Below, piece after piece: positions 12,780-27,014 of a stretch of 64,000 bases of DNA (the first letter of the stretch is position 1; every line of letters starts with the position of its first letter). This stretch comes from Eledone cirrhosa (lineage: Eukaryota), in assembly GCA_964016885.1 (NCBI GenBank), contig OZ024745.1, positions 125,054,001 to 125,118,000 of the forward strand. Reading direction: 5' to 3'. Under the pieces are notes generated by a model. It ran no database searches. It saw only the letters and a program-made list of their open reading frames with translations, and was not told the DNA's origin. The position numbers and the translations under genes are program-made.

Positions 12780-14160
12780 GAATTTACCTTATGTATGCCA
12801 AGGACTTGGCAAATATACTGTGCTATTAAATGCACAATCTAAAAATTAAAACAAGATTACTAAACAAGTTTTGTATATAAATCTATGAGCAGGTTCCCTA
12901 TCATTGAATTCTAAAACTATTCGCCATAATATGGTAGCACCTATAACCATCTGGTATATAAAATTTGTGTGTAAACATCAAACAGTTATGGAGATAAGAA
13001 CAAAAGTACGATGTAGAAAAACGAAATTAATCTTTACATTTCAAAGTAACTATAAACCTCCGCTCGTTTTTCTCTGAACCTATCAAAACATTAAGGAATA
13101 TGATGGCACGTCAATCAGAATAAATATAATCAACAGTTAAATATGATTAATCTCAACCTGGATGAAGCACCAACAAAGCAAATATAGAATCTCAGTTGTA
13201 GATATTGTATGGATTCAGTAAAAGAATTATGGTTTGAAATTGGCCCCACGGCAACTTTGAAGATGAGGATATTTAATAGAAATTATCAATAACAGGTTAT
13301 AAAAGATAATTAAAGATAAGAACGTTTTACAAATCACAGATTCACAAAGACTCAGTAATTAATTAGATAGACAGAGTGAAATGCAGATGAAAGAAACGGT
13401 TAGTAAGAAATTTTACAGATGCGTTGGATTAATATTTAAAAGAGATCTAAATTCCCGAAATAATGTAATAGATATTATTGCAATAGATGTGTCAGTAATT
13501 CTATATAGTTATAATATTCTCGTCAGACTGTTAAGAGAATTAACAACCTAGATAGGAAAACAAATCACATAATAACAGAAGAGAGATGATAAACTACCCA
13601 AATATCTATTTTTCTCTTATACTTACCACAAATACTAAACGGTAGAGGCTTTCTTCAACTCAAACATTGATATAAAATATTTATTGTAGAAATGCAAATA
13701 TCATTAACAAAATAATATTAAATAATTGTTTCTACTTTTGGCACAAGGCCAGCAAGTACCCAGTGCATTACTGGTACTTTATTGTATTGACCCGGTGAGG
13801 ATGAAAGGCAAAGTTAACCTTGGCGGTATTTGAACAGAGAAATATGAAATAATATCACTAAAATACATTAAGAAAGCTACACGAAGTTTTCTGTCTTCAG
13901 ATAAGCGTATAAATTGGAAATAAAGAAGAATCTTACGGTCAGATACGAAGAATGGAAGAAACAATTACAGAACATAATAGAAAACTAAAACGAAGCTGAA
14001 AATGGTAATACAGAATGTCAAGTAAAGATGGCGGGAGGAAAATTCCTACTTGGCCAACACTTAACAAGAGTAACATAACGAAAATAAATGAGACCGATTA
14101 CTTATTTGGGGCCAATAGTAAACAGAAGACATCACAGAATCCAACAGAGAACAATACATA
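12780..14160 (+). pseudogene. R4/Dong-clade non-LTR retrotransposon RT remnant, interrupted by a SINE
   Basis: From 13387: MKETVSKKFYRCVGLIFKRDLNSRNN...; from 13548: LDRKTNHIIT...LYLPQILNGRGFLQL. These match the EYYRRVRLILKSELN and LDRKTRK...RLYLPRxxGGRGL motifs of R4/Dong RTs. Outer limits uncertain. Confidence 0.7.
13721..13838 (-). mobile_element. SINE (Meta/MESC-like), 5'-truncated
   Basis: Tail tttctacttttggcacaaggccagc plus core ggatgaaaggcaaagttaacc. Confidence 0.85.
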
Positions 14161-14260
14161 AAAAAGCTGAATAAAGGTCTGTTTAGAATATACATACATA
14201 TATGTATATATTAATAAATACACGCACACGCACACACACACACACATATATACATATATG

Positions 14261-14391
14261 ATTATTTCTGAAGACAGCATATATATGTGTAGTTATGTAT
14301 ATTCCCTCTGATAGTAAAACTACTTTTACATAGATCTATATGATATACATACCAACACACATATATATCCTAGAAACGATCGTAAAATGAT
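14261..14391 (+). ncRNA. Type I hammerhead with greatly extended stem-loop II (family E)
   Basis: attattt-CTGAAGA-[98 nt, with atatatatgtgt/acacatatatat stem]-GAAA-c gatc g-TA-aaatgat. Homologous to 35696-35848. Confidence 0.7.
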
Positions 14392-14442
14392 GAATATTTG
14401 ATATAAGGAACTGTTTCTTTGTTTTATTCATTGTTTTTGTTA

Positions 14443-14482
<40 letters not shown>

Positions 14483-14743
14483 ATATATATTCTAAAAAAT
14501 AAATCATACACAAAACAGCAGCACCAATAGTTTTGCAAGAGATGTCAACATGAAAGGACCAGTTATTTTTATCTAAAGATATTTTTTCCAATTCCAACCC
14601 TCCCGTCCCCTCAATCTATCTTATTTCTCATTCTGTCTTCCTATGCTTCCGAAATGTTAAGACCCTCTTCCTACTATATCAAGCGTAACCTAATATATCC
14701 CTTTCATATACTGTACCGATTGTGTTGTTATTTCTGTTTACCA

Positions 14744-15131
<388 letters not shown>

Positions 15132-15228
15132 CGAAGGAAATGTGGTAAGGAACCACATAGACGGAAAAAATGAAACGAAATTTCATTTCCCACTCTTAGT
15201 ACGGTTATCGTTTATCTTTCCTTTAAAT

Positions 15229-15579
15229 TAAGGCTGTCATGTCCGAGAGACATGCGCCATATCCACTGTAGAATATGCTCAAAGATTCCAATTAATAGAT
15301 CCGAGCATTTTATATCAACTAGAAATTGATTAACGTATATATATATATATAATATATACACATGAAACAATCACAGGGAATAATTTGTAAAGTGTGTAAG
15401 CACACACAGCTAGGTAGGTAACTAATTAATGTTTAACTAGAACTTTTAAAATGATTAAACTTCCTTGTATATATTTCATTAAAGAAATATATTTCACCAT
15501 CAATCCGTAAATCACAGTAGTCAAATCCCGGATTTTCTACAGTACATATCGTGCATGTCTCTCGGATATGACAACCTTA
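15229..15579. repeat. Inverted repeat with 45-bp arms (15229-15273, 15535-15579) ending at (TA)n
   Basis: taaggctgtcatgtccgagagacatgc... vs ...gcatgtctctcggatatgacaacctta. Preceded by a 25-bp stub of the family B tail at 15131-15155. Confidence 0.8.
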
Positions 15580-15603
15580 TATATATATACATATACTTAT
15601 AGG

Positions 15604-15637
<34 letters not shown>

Positions 15638-15647
15638 CTTACATGTA

Positions 15648-15686
<39 letters not shown>

Positions 15687-15794
15687 TTATATGTTATGTA
15701 TATATATATATGTCTATATGTATATATATTTATATATATATATATATTAATTCAAAATATTAACAAAAATAGACATTCGTGTGATCAAGTATAT

Positions 15795-15856
15795 TTTATT
15801 ATACATATTTCAGAGGTACTGAGCTATCTTCAACAGTACGTCCTCATCAGATAGAA
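15795..15856 (-). ncRNA. Type I hammerhead motif in a PLE-like terminus
   Basis: Minus strand: ttctat-CTGATGA-ggac gtactg...cagtac ctct-GAAA-tatgta-TA-ataaaa. Confidence 0.65.
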
Positions 15857-16952
15857 TAAGATAATGCATGACATGCCCTGACTAAGTAGATGGTTAAAAT
15901 TCAGTCATGGCAGTGAATAAGATATGACAAAACTCAATATTTATATACCTTAAAATTGAGACATGAAAACATTACATATAATAGAAAGGGTGCGTGTGAG
16001 AAAGCTTAATAACCAGCGACTAATATAATAGAAATTTACATAACTGTTAGACATTCAATTAATTCAAATTATTGAAGAAAGAAGAAATAAATATACATTT
16101 GGCGTAACTCAGGTTGTTTTGATTGGTTCTTCAGAATTCGTACACGTTGTTTTCCTCGATCGTAAAAATGATAAAGATAAATTACGACTGAAAAGTTGGG
16201 GTAAAAAATTCAGAAAGTTTTCACTTAGGTGACTTAGGTGAGGCATTCAGAAAAATTCGCGAGCCGGAGGCTACCCATGACTATTTTAAATTATACATTA
16301 ATTTCCGTCGCTTGAACGCCAACGAAGATATGTGATGGAAATGTGTGACGACAATAAACAGGCTATAACAAATGGAACCTAATACAATATCTATCTCAAA
16401 TGTAAGTTTCCTCTAATATAGTGGCATTAAAGTGAGACTTTACTGAAACGCAAATGTGATATAAATGTAAGTAGAATTGGCTGAAAATCAATTATGGTCT
16501 ACATATTGAAATGAAAGAAATGTGTTTTTTACAACTGACATAATTTTGTTTGTGCAATATGACTGCATGTACAAATGCATACAAAGGTATTTAATTCATC
16601 GTCAGGAGACACACGAGCAGTAATAATGTGGTATATTGAGTTGGCTTCAAATGCTCCATATTTTGATTCCATCAAGCACATATAAAGATAAATGAGCTTA
16701 TGTCGAATAGCATAATAATCTCCTGTGGCAACGGCTGATAAAGTGAGTATATAAGCCGATTTCTATCACACAGCATCCTTATATATAGATAAAAATATAT
16801 TTTAATGTGAAATCGGTTATATACGTATAAATAAATAAATAAATATATATATATATGTGTGTGTGTTTGTGTGTGTGTGTGTCTCTGTGTGTGTGTGTCT
16901 GTGTGTGTCTGTGTGTGTGTGTGTGTATGAATGTGTATAGAGATATATGCAT

Positions 16953-17031
<79 letters not shown>

Positions 17032-17692
17032 AGATACATATATATATACTGCATACATCTCTATACACATTCATATATACACACGTCTTTGTCTATAAGC
17101 AATATTTTCGAACTTAAATCATTTCTGAAGTCCTTGTGAATCATGTGTTCTACATCGACTACATGGTCTGCTGTTCACAAAATGTTCCTTTGTTAACTCA
17201 TAGGATTTGAAGAGGGTTTATATTTGGATATGCGTTGTATAACATTATTACTTCGTAGAGCATAAATAATAAATTATCACGTGTCTGTATATACCCACAA
17301 ATGTATACATATGCGGTTTTGAAATAATGTACATGTTTATTTACACAGATGTGTTATTGATTTCTCCACAAAGAATAGAATGACTTGACTCCTGTGACTA
17401 TAACAAAGCCTATTTATACTTTTATACACTTCTATGTATCTGAGTAATATTTTTCTTCGGCAATTCTATGATATATTGAAGCTATATAATATTCCAAGCT
17501 CAATTTATATATAGATGTGTTTATTTAACAATGAATCTTTGTAGGTGTACCGTTACAATGTTTGAAAAACATTCACCCACAAGCACAAAGACACACACAC
17601 ACACATACACACATACACACACATATACACACACACACATACGCACACACACACACACAAACATACACACATACACAAGCGCATACATACAC

Positions 17693-17792
17693 TTTCCTGA
17701 TGGTTTCTTATTATGAAACAGTTCTAGTCATCTAGAAATCATTTCTATATAAAGTAAAGTTGCCTATACTCTACTAACGTATTGAATACTCT
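17693..17792 (+). mobile_element. Degenerate family C copy with decayed HHR
   Basis: ttcCTGATGGtttcttattatGAAAcagttctagtc...tatactctactaacgtattgaatac, matching family C. Confidence 0.6.
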
Positions 17793-17834
17793 AGCAGTTT
17801 TCCTGGTGGTTTGGGGTAAAGAGGCAGTGTAGAG

Positions 17835-18015
17835 CAGGCTGCATGTGCGAATTTACAAGCAGCCCACACAAAGGTTTTTACAGCGCGAGCATATTTTATT
17901 TTCGCAATATAAAATTTAAAAAAGGTAATGTGCGCACTCAGTTGTCGTGTGTGACCCTCAGACAACACATATGTGACCCATGTGGCCCTTGGGGACCCTC
18001 AGTTTGACATGCCTG
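17835..18015. mobile_element. hAT (Charlie-type) MITE
   Basis: Ends CAGGC... / ...agtttgacatgCCTG. 8-bp TSD gtgtagag / gtgtagaa. Confidence 0.7.
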
Positions 18016-18741
18016 GTGTAGAAGATGCGAAATAAAAAACTGAATACAGAAATATTCCTGTCCTCATTCAGGGTTTAGAGTTTTCTCGAGGGCATATGCT
18101 GTTCCTACTAAATGTCCCTAAAATGATGGGGGATGGTCAATATAACACATGTTGATTGGCCTAACGTAAAGATATGCCTGTATGTTGGTAAGGTTATGTG
18201 AAGTAACTTTCCCTTGATTGACAGAGTAATCCAGATATTGTGTGGTTCTTTTATTAGTTTTATGAAGTAGCACCTACCCCTTCTATTTGGGGACTCTTCT
18301 ATATTGGCATTTTGTTAGTTATTGTTTATTTTGTTATTTACTATTACAGGTTTTATATAAGTCCTCGCAATCAGTTGACTAGTCTTCATACTTATTCCGC
18401 CTCTGTGACTAATAAATATATTATTCTCTATCTCCCCCTCCTACTCCTCCTTCCCTTCCTCTTCATCATCATCATCATTATCGTTATCTGCATCTGCAAC
18501 ATCAGGAGTATTAATACTAAACGTTTTATTATTATTATTATTATGATTACAGTTGCATTTATCTTGCTTTATGTTCATAGGAGTTATCACCAAGTCACAA
18601 CCAGTGACCTCAAGAGACAACAAGGTCCGCCATGTTCAAGAAAGAACATACATACTCACACATGCATCTTTAGTGTTTAGACTTGTGATGTACTTATATT
18701 GACAGAATCTTCCTTAGAATATGGGCAGTTCCCATTAGTAC

Positions 18742-18747
18742 TATTAC

Positions 18748-18789
<42 letters not shown>

Positions 18790-18790
18790 C

Positions 18791-18872
<82 letters not shown>
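18742..18872. repeat. Compound (ATT)n-(AGT)n microsatellite
   Basis: Direct reading. Confidence 0.97.
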
Positions 18873-19584
18873 TCAGCAGCAGCGACAACAGCAACATTAG
18901 TCGTAGCTTGTAGCAAATAAAAATGCAATCGGTACCATACAAAAGACAGCTCTAAATTCTAAATGAGCAATATCGGACAAAAGATAGTATAATGTGTAAA
19001 GAATTCATGAAAAAAATGATTGGTATTATTATAAAGAGAGGACATGATTCTATGAGAAGGCGACGACAAATGTTTAAAAATATATCATGAGGATATGTTT
19101 ACAGAAGACAGACGCATTTGACTTATCTTATCAATATTCCTACAGATGGAGCATGATATACAAATAATGAAAGTATCAATGCCAGAAAATGTTTAAATCT
19201 TAGGTTTCATTTTTTTCTTATTTTTTCTTTACACTTCATGTATTATACGTCTCTCTTTCTTTCCAACATTTATACTTCTTATATCTGGCCACCTTTCTGT
19301 AATCGTAACGGTCTGCTCTTATCTTTCATTGAGTATAGTCTTTTTTATCTTTATTAATCATGTATAGTTGTTGGTCTGCCATATGTGTACAGATGCATAC
19401 AGTTATTAACGCAGATACACACTTCGTCTCCCAACCATACACACATCTCTTCTTATATATCAACATATAAGCTCAAAACACTTATATAAGAATAACAAAC
19501 ACGTAAAGCCTATATAATACATAAAAGCATGTATATGTGTATACATGTACCTATGAACACATGAACACGCACTCATCTCTCCAC

Positions 19585-19713
<129 letters not shown>

Positions 19714-19725
19714 CATATATATTCA

Positions 19726-19794
<69 letters not shown>

Positions 19795-20151
19795 ATATAT
19801 ATATATATATATACATACAAACATATATACTATATACATTCATACGTATATACTATATTCATATAATCACATAAATGGGAATAAAAAAATAATAACTGGA
19901 GACACAGCAACGTTTCTAAAGAGATTTCTATTCTATATTCAATAAAGCTGAGGTGTATTTTGTCATGTCCTCGGGTAAGAAATGAATTCCTATCATGGAA
20001 TGGCACACAAAAGGAATAAGGAACGAAAGATTAATCACCAGAGATTGTTGTTTACTCTACAAGCGTTCTGTTGCGAGAAGAGAAAGTAGTATGTAAATGA
20101 ATAAATAAATATTAAAGAGATAAAAGAATATATTACTGGAAACTAATGGCA

Positions 20152-20164
20152 GATGATGATGATG

Positions 20165-20223
<59 letters not shown>

Positions 20224-20445
20224 AAGAAGAAGAAGAAGAAGAAGAAAAAGAAGAAGAAAAAGAAGAAGAAAAAGAAGAAGAAAAAGAAGAAAAACTAGTA
20301 GAAGAAGAATAAGATGATGATGATGAAGAAGAGGAAGCAGATGAAGAAGAAGCAGAAGAAGAAGAAGAAGAAGAAGAAGAAGAAGAAGAAGAAGAAGAAG
20401 AAGAAGAAGAAGAAGAAGAAGAAGAAGAAGAAGAAGAAGAAGAAG
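20152..20445. repeat. Compound (GAT)n-(AAT)n-(AAG)n microsatellite
   Basis: Direct reading. Confidence 0.97.
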
Positions 20446-20893
20446 ATTGATGTTAATAATGGAAACAGAAACTACAATTGACATTAACAACAACAATGGT
20501 AACATCATTATTATTCATCACAATATTAATAACCCCCCCCCCCCCCAAGAATACAAAACACTAAAAACAACAACAATAATAATGATAATAATAATAACAT
20601 TTTACTGCGGCTAAAGACATTCTAAAATGAATTATTTTGTTGCTCTCCAGACTGCTTTTCTTACGATAATTACATTTTCAATTGTTTTTTCCAATTAACA
20701 CTTCGAGAACCATTAGTCTCATTTATCGGAATAAATTGGAACAATCAAATTTCTGCCTATTCCAAGATATATTTCTCGGAGATCTTTCTATCAATATTGA
20801 GTTTTTTGATAATACAAATATGCCTTACATTACGTTGTATCCATTATACATCTAGTTATATAAATATATATATATATACATATATATACGTAT

Positions 20894-20957
<64 letters not shown>

Positions 20958-20974
20958 ATTTGTATATGTATGTG

Positions 20975-21007
<33 letters not shown>

Positions 21008-21727
21008 GTGTGTGTGCGTGTGTGAGTGTGTTTGTGTAAATGTGTGTATGCAGGAGCGTACGTGTGTGGTGTGTGTTCTCTTTCCATATCAAATGAAAGG
21101 ATAATTTTTCCTTTTTCATATGTTACTCTTTTCATCAAAATCAATATAATATTTGTTATGATAGAGATATACTTCTTCGGAATATTAATTTAACAGATAT
21201 CTGCTTTAGCTGAAAGATTAATTTAATGATTGTGGATATTGTCAAATTAGTACAAAATAAACGAATACTTCAGTTGAAGATGTATATCACCAGGCCTGCA
21301 ATATTACAAATGAGAATATAATGAATAAAAATAAACTAAAATATCGTAAACATATTACATAGAATGAAAAGGATATGCTGATAATTATATTTTATATATA
21401 ACATTAAGATTAGGTCAATACGTTCTCTATGTAATCTAATAGGAAAAGGAACAAAATCAATAAAAACATGTATATCTTTTTAAAAGATATTGATCTTTTC
21501 CACTTAATCACAATTCGTTAAACATAAAAAACATAAGGCAACCCATATATTTTCAAATATGACTCTCTGTCATAAAGCATGAGTTCAGGTTTCAATAAAA
21601 GTTCAATACTTGTAAATTATTAAAATTGAATGCCACATACTGTCCTATGATCACTATTGTAGTTGATGCTTTTGTTAACTGATAATGATCCGATTCAACT
21701 CGTAAACTATTATCTGCATTATTGATA

Positions 21728-21765
21728 CTAGCAGAAAAACCACGCTTCGGATGGTTTTCTGCTAG
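21728..21765. repeat. Hairpin resembling a doubled Helitron 3' end
   Basis: ctagcagaaaaacca-cgcttcgga-tggttttctgctag; both strands end in hairpin...ctgCTAG. Confidence 0.45.
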
Positions 21766-22678
21766 CATGTGTAGTGTGCAAATATTATATTATATGCAAA
21801 TATACATGCATGTAGATATGATATTTCAAATAAAATCGTAACTGACAATATGCACAGACATTGAAGAGAGACTGTGCTATTCTGTAATCAGTAACGTAAT
21901 CCCTGATATGTTTAAAAAAGACGATATTATATATAAACTGCATTACGGTGAAATGTCATGAAACCTTATATAACGATGCAAATAAATGGATGTTTATATA
22001 AGCAATGTAATAAGTGTTATGAGATAACGAGCGCTAACCGGAAGTGTAGATATTTGAAAACTTTAAAAGAAGTGAATCTTAAAATCATTATATATAAGAA
22101 TATTTATTTTTAATCAACAGCTACGAAATTGAGTAGATAAATTATGTAATATTCATTCATTATTTATTCAAAGTAATCTAACTTATTTTACAAACGTGAT
22201 AAAATAATATATTCGGGACGCAGTCCCGCACTCCTCCCTTTGTTATAGTTATGATTGATCTTTACGTATTCTTTTTCTTAACCTTCGTAGACCACATCAC
22301 AAAAGAACACCACTACTAATATCTGAACATATTAGAAGCAAAAGCATTTCCATCAATATCAATATTAGTTGATAGAATTCAGTTTAATATTATCGTGTAT
22401 GTGACTTTAATGTTCTCATGTTCTCAGTTCTGGAACAATCACATCTGGAAACTTGTCTCCCCGAATATATATGTAACATGTCGTTTATAAGGAAAACATA
22501 TTGTGGCTTCTACTTATATGTGACATCAATGGTTTCATATCCTCTGGTCTGTTCCATCCGCTTCAGGAATCTTGTCTCCAATACATGTAACGTCGTTTAT
22601 AAAGGGAAATAATGTGTATTTCAAAAATGTTTAAGTTGTTGACCTTATCGTTATGTAGATAAAAGGCACTATTACATT

Positions 22679-22738
22679 TAATTGTTTCTACTTTTGACAC
22701 AAGGCCAGCAATTCACCAGTACATAACTGGTACTTTAT
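22679..22738 (-). mobile_element. SINE 3' tail fragment
   Basis: aattgtttctacttttgacacaaggccagc...ctggtactttat. Confidence 0.75.
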
Positions 22739-24171
22739 TACATTTAATGAATACTTATACAGAAAGGGAGGGAGACAATTCCGAAATCAACTGTTATCAT
22801 TAGGGTTCCAGTTAATCATGATCAACCCTCTGATTTAAAAGATGTATATTCTCACATTTTGTTGCATTTAACAACACACAATACCATGACGATAGCATGA
22901 TATTTTTATGTTCTTTTTAAAATAATAAACGCTTCAGGGTCTTCAGTGGATTCATAATACTTTTAAATACTTTTTTCCTATACGAATTCAATATACTTTT
23001 ACACTTCACCTTCATCAATATTTATATGTTATGTACAAAATTCCATTTGAGTTTTTTCTATAATAATTTGAGAACGCTTTTATGGTAATAACCGAAGTGT
23101 ATATGTGGGAAGGTGGAAACAACGGAAGAGGGTATCAAACAGTAGGAGGGCTTCTAATGAAAGGTCTTTGATCAAGCAAGTGTTTCTATACTAGATTTCT
23201 ACTGACATTCTAAAGGTGCCGCATCCATCTATATCATAGCTCCTAGGAGTCCTACTGCCGTTTTTGTATCCTCCTCCAGCGAGATTTGAACCCAGATATT
23301 TCCGCTGACCTTGATTTCCATTCCTGCAGTTTAAGCCTCTCGACCACGTTGACCATTGGTAGAACTCATACTTCACATTCATTTAAACCTAAGGTTCTCA
23401 ATGGCGGGGGGCGGGGCGTTTCGTAGCTCCAGATGGGGCGTTATGCAGTAAGGAGCGTTAGGGGGCGTTTGAAACTTTGAGGGCGCTAGAAGCCCCTTTA
23501 GTTTGGTAAGTTTTATAAATCATATTTTTAGGTCTCTTAGACAGCGAGAGTGAATGGATTTGAATGAAGAAAACGAAGAAAATAAATAAAAGAAACTTGT
23601 CAACGAGTTCCCTAGGGAGATAAAAGCAAATCAAAAGAAATCAAAGAGAATGAAAGAAAGGACTACTTCAACAGAAATGACAACAAAAAGAATCAATGGT
23701 GGTGAACATACACACACATACATGCATACACACACACACACACATATATACACACACAGACCGGCGTTAGTGTTTGATGAGGTTGAGAACGCGGTCAGCT
23801 TTCAGCCAGATGTGTGGTATTTATCTCCCTAGGTAATAAATTCTGGCGACAAAATTTTTCTCCTTACCAAAAAAGAACACATAGATCATATCAACATCCT
23901 TACACACTTAAATATAAATGCGTGTATATATACACATTTATAAATGCATAGCTATATGCATACGTAAATGTATGTATATATGTATGTATGTATATATATA
24001 TATATATATAAAAATATAGTTTGTTATATTGTTAATCATATTTGTTATATTGTTAATCATTGAGTGGCTGCTATATAACAGTATACCAATATAAGGTTGC
24101 ACTTACCAATGAAACGGTCGTAAATTCCTGGATACAATCCTTTTCTTAATTCTTACCTGTGTTTTCTCTTG

Positions 24172-24203
<32 letters not shown>

Positions 24204-24372
24204 GTACGTTATTCCGGGTTGAATCGGAGGTAACAACAGTAAGTAAGGTACTCAATACATTGCATACAGTATAAAAGTTTTAATATAGATGAGATTCTAC
24301 AGGACTAGAACTGTTTCATTCTTTCTTGATGATTTCTAAAGAATGAAACAGTTCTAGTCCTGTAGAATCTCA

Positions 24373-24379
<7 letters not shown>
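24204..24379. mobile_element. HHR fold-back cassette family C, copy 2
   Basis: ~79 bp tail, arms 24283-24324 / 24338-24379, (TA)n on both sides. Plus-strand HHR TTGATGA...GAAAcagttctagtcctgTAgaa (C3U). Confidence 0.85.
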
Positions 24380-24434
<55 letters not shown>

Positions 24435-24435
<1 letters not shown>

Positions 24436-24610
24436 CGAAGGAAATGTGGTAAGGAACCAGGTGGACCATAACGCACCAAAGTACTCAATACTTGAGGTAG
24501 TAGAGTGGATAATAGGAACCAGTAAGACCCCGACAGCTGAGCTCAAGCCGTTTCGACGGCTAATTAGCCGTCGAAACGGCTTGAGCCCAGCTGTCGGGGT
24601 CTTACTGGTT

Positions 24611-24615
<5 letters not shown>
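24435..24615. mobile_element. Fold-back cassette family B, copy 2
   Basis: Tail, then a loopless palindrome centred on 24563/24564 with arms starting at 24512. One mismatch. (TA)n flanks. Confidence 0.9.
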
Positions 24616-24660
<45 letters not shown>

Positions 24661-24805
24661 AATAAATCTACATACATATATATATATAAGTCTACATACA
24701 TACATACATACATACATACATACATACATTTACGTATGTATATAGCTATGCATTTATAGATTTGTATATATATAGCTATGCATTTATATTTAAGTGTGTA
24801 AGGTC

Positions 24806-24837
<32 letters not shown>

Positions 24838-24892
24838 ATAATATATATATTATACACACATACACACACACATATATATATATATATACGCA

Positions 24893-25095
24893 GTGTGACA
24901 AGAAGATTGCTTCCCAACCACATATTTCCGGGTTCAGTCCCACTGTCCGAGCCGACCAAAGCTCTGTGAGGGGATTTGATAGTCCGAAACTAAAAGAAGC
25001 CCGTAGTATATATGTATATATGTCTGTGTGTATCTTTGCGTTTGTGTTTGCCCTTCCACCAATGCTTGTTGGTTTGTTGACGTCCCAATAACTTA
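24893..25095 (+). mobile_element. Second tRNA-derived SINE family (CORE-type, octopus OR-like), internally deleted
   Basis: ttgcttcccaaccacat...ccgggttcagtcccactg (B-box-like)...gccgaccaaagc...gaaactaaaagaagcccgt. Confidence 0.65.
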
Positions 25096-25214
25096 CGAAG
25101 GTGATGCTCCAGCATGGGCGTAGTCCAGATTCAGAAAAAAAGTAAAATATATGTGTGTGTGTGTGTGTGTATGTGTGCGTGTGTGTGTGTGTGTGAGCGT
25201 GTGTGTGTGTAGAA

Positions 25215-25618
25215 GAGGGGTCTCAAACTCCAGGACACAAAAGGGCCATAGGTCCAGGAGGAGAGGCACAGTGGGCCAAACGTGGTGGTGGGTGAAGATT
25301 TTCACCAGTTATAATCATTTCTACTATAGGAGTAAGGCATAAAATTTGGGTTTTAGGGTTCAGTGGATTGCTTCGATCCTAGTACACAACTGGTATTTAA
25401 TTCATCGACCCCAAAAGGATGAAAGGCAAAGTTGAGATCGGCGGAATTTGAACTCAGAACGTAAAAACGGAAGAAGTACCGTTAATCATTTCATCAGATT
25501 TGCTAACGATTCCACTAGCTCGCCACCTTATGTTCACCAGTTATAATGCAATATGAAATATTGGTTCTACCACGGGCCACAGAAAAATAGTTCGCGGGCC
25601 GCATGTTTGAGCGCCCTG
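25215..25618. mobile_element. hAT (Charlie-type) MITE containing a SINE
   Basis: Ends gaggggtctcaaact / gcgggccgcatgtttgagcgccctg, with internal GGGCC motifs. TSD degenerate. Confidence 0.65.
25311..25529 (-). mobile_element. SINE (Meta/MESC-like)
   Basis: atcgaccccaaaaggatgaaaggcaaagttgagatcggcggaatttgaactcagaac. Confidence 0.85.
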
Positions 25619-25622
25619 TTGC

Positions 25623-25658
<36 letters not shown>

Positions 25659-25721
25659 GTGTACCAAACACACACGCACACATTTCTTACTCTCTCTCTG
25701 TGCCTCCCATTTTCTCTCTTC

Positions 25722-25770
<49 letters not shown>

Positions 25771-25773
25771 TAT

Positions 25774-25809
<36 letters not shown>

Positions 25810-25900
25810 CGTTGTTATTTGGCGTTGTTGAAACGAGCAGTGGCCTTTGACCTGGCAATAAAAAAACTGTAGACAAAATTCTTTCTGTACCCAAACCAAG

Positions 25901-25932
<32 letters not shown>

Positions 25933-25942
25933 GTTTGTGTGT

Positions 25943-26005
<63 letters not shown>

Positions 26006-27014
26006 CAAATCTTTTCAAAGTACCACCTCCAATCTAGCTAGCATGTTGCATCGTGTCAAACTGGTGCAGGAGGAGCTAAACAATCTACGCAGTGAAGAAA
26101 ATTTCAGGAGCTGTTCAATACAGCAGAAAAAGTGATTTATCAACACGATATTTCTCCTTTGGAGCTACCCAGGCAACGAAAAGTTCCTAAAAAATACCAG
26201 GAGGGAAATGCGTTAAAATATCAACACTGCTCTGCTTTGGATCATTACAGAGTGCAGTATTTGTAGGTAGTGGATACTGCAATATCAAATTTGAAAGATT
26301 TTTATTTTTTCACAGGATTTAGCAGATTATGAAAAACTGAACAATATTTTACTCAATGGAAATGTTTGTGCTGAAGTGATCATGCAGTATCCAGAGATTG
26401 ATGAATTTTCTTTAAGGAACGAAATACTTTTTTATAGAAATCATCATAATGGATCATCTCTCGAGGATCATCGTAAAATATTCGGTGAAATGCAACCAGA
26501 TGTCCATCGCATGTTTCTAAATGTTGAGTGATTGCTCAAGCTACTTTTAATGTTTCCAACCAGTTCTTGTGAAGCTGAAAGATGTTTTAGTGTTGGGCAG
26601 AGACTCAAAACCTGGTTGCGGTCGACCATGACTCAGCAAAGGTTGAATCATATTCTAATATGCCACGTTCATAGAGATGTTTTGAAAAAGATTAGTTGTA
26701 AAGAAGTTGCTAAATTATTTATTGGCAGCAATGATGCGAGATATGATACATTTGGAAAGTTCTAAAAGATAATAAATTTACTTTATATGATTTTTATTCA
26801 AAAGTCTATGTTTTATTTTTTGTTTATTTGATATAATAAATACTTTTTTAAGCTTTTCTTTTATATCTGAACTTCATTTGAATATATAAAATGTAATTAG
26901 TGTAAAATGTTACTCATGTGATAGGGTTCAGGAAAGACACCATAAGTTATACTAAAATGCTCCAACAAATGTTGGTTTGTCCCCCTCACATGTTTAAGGC
27001 AAACGAGACCCCTG
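25810..27014 (+). pseudogene. 3' half of a second hAT (ZMYM1/Tip100-like) transposase with hATC dimerisation domain and right terminus
   Basis: LLKLLLMFPTSSCEAERCFSVGQRLKTWLRSTMTQQRLNHILICHVH (26532-26765) and upstream NKSFQSTTSNL...LRSEENF. Right end ...gagacccCTG at 27014. Confidence 0.85.
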
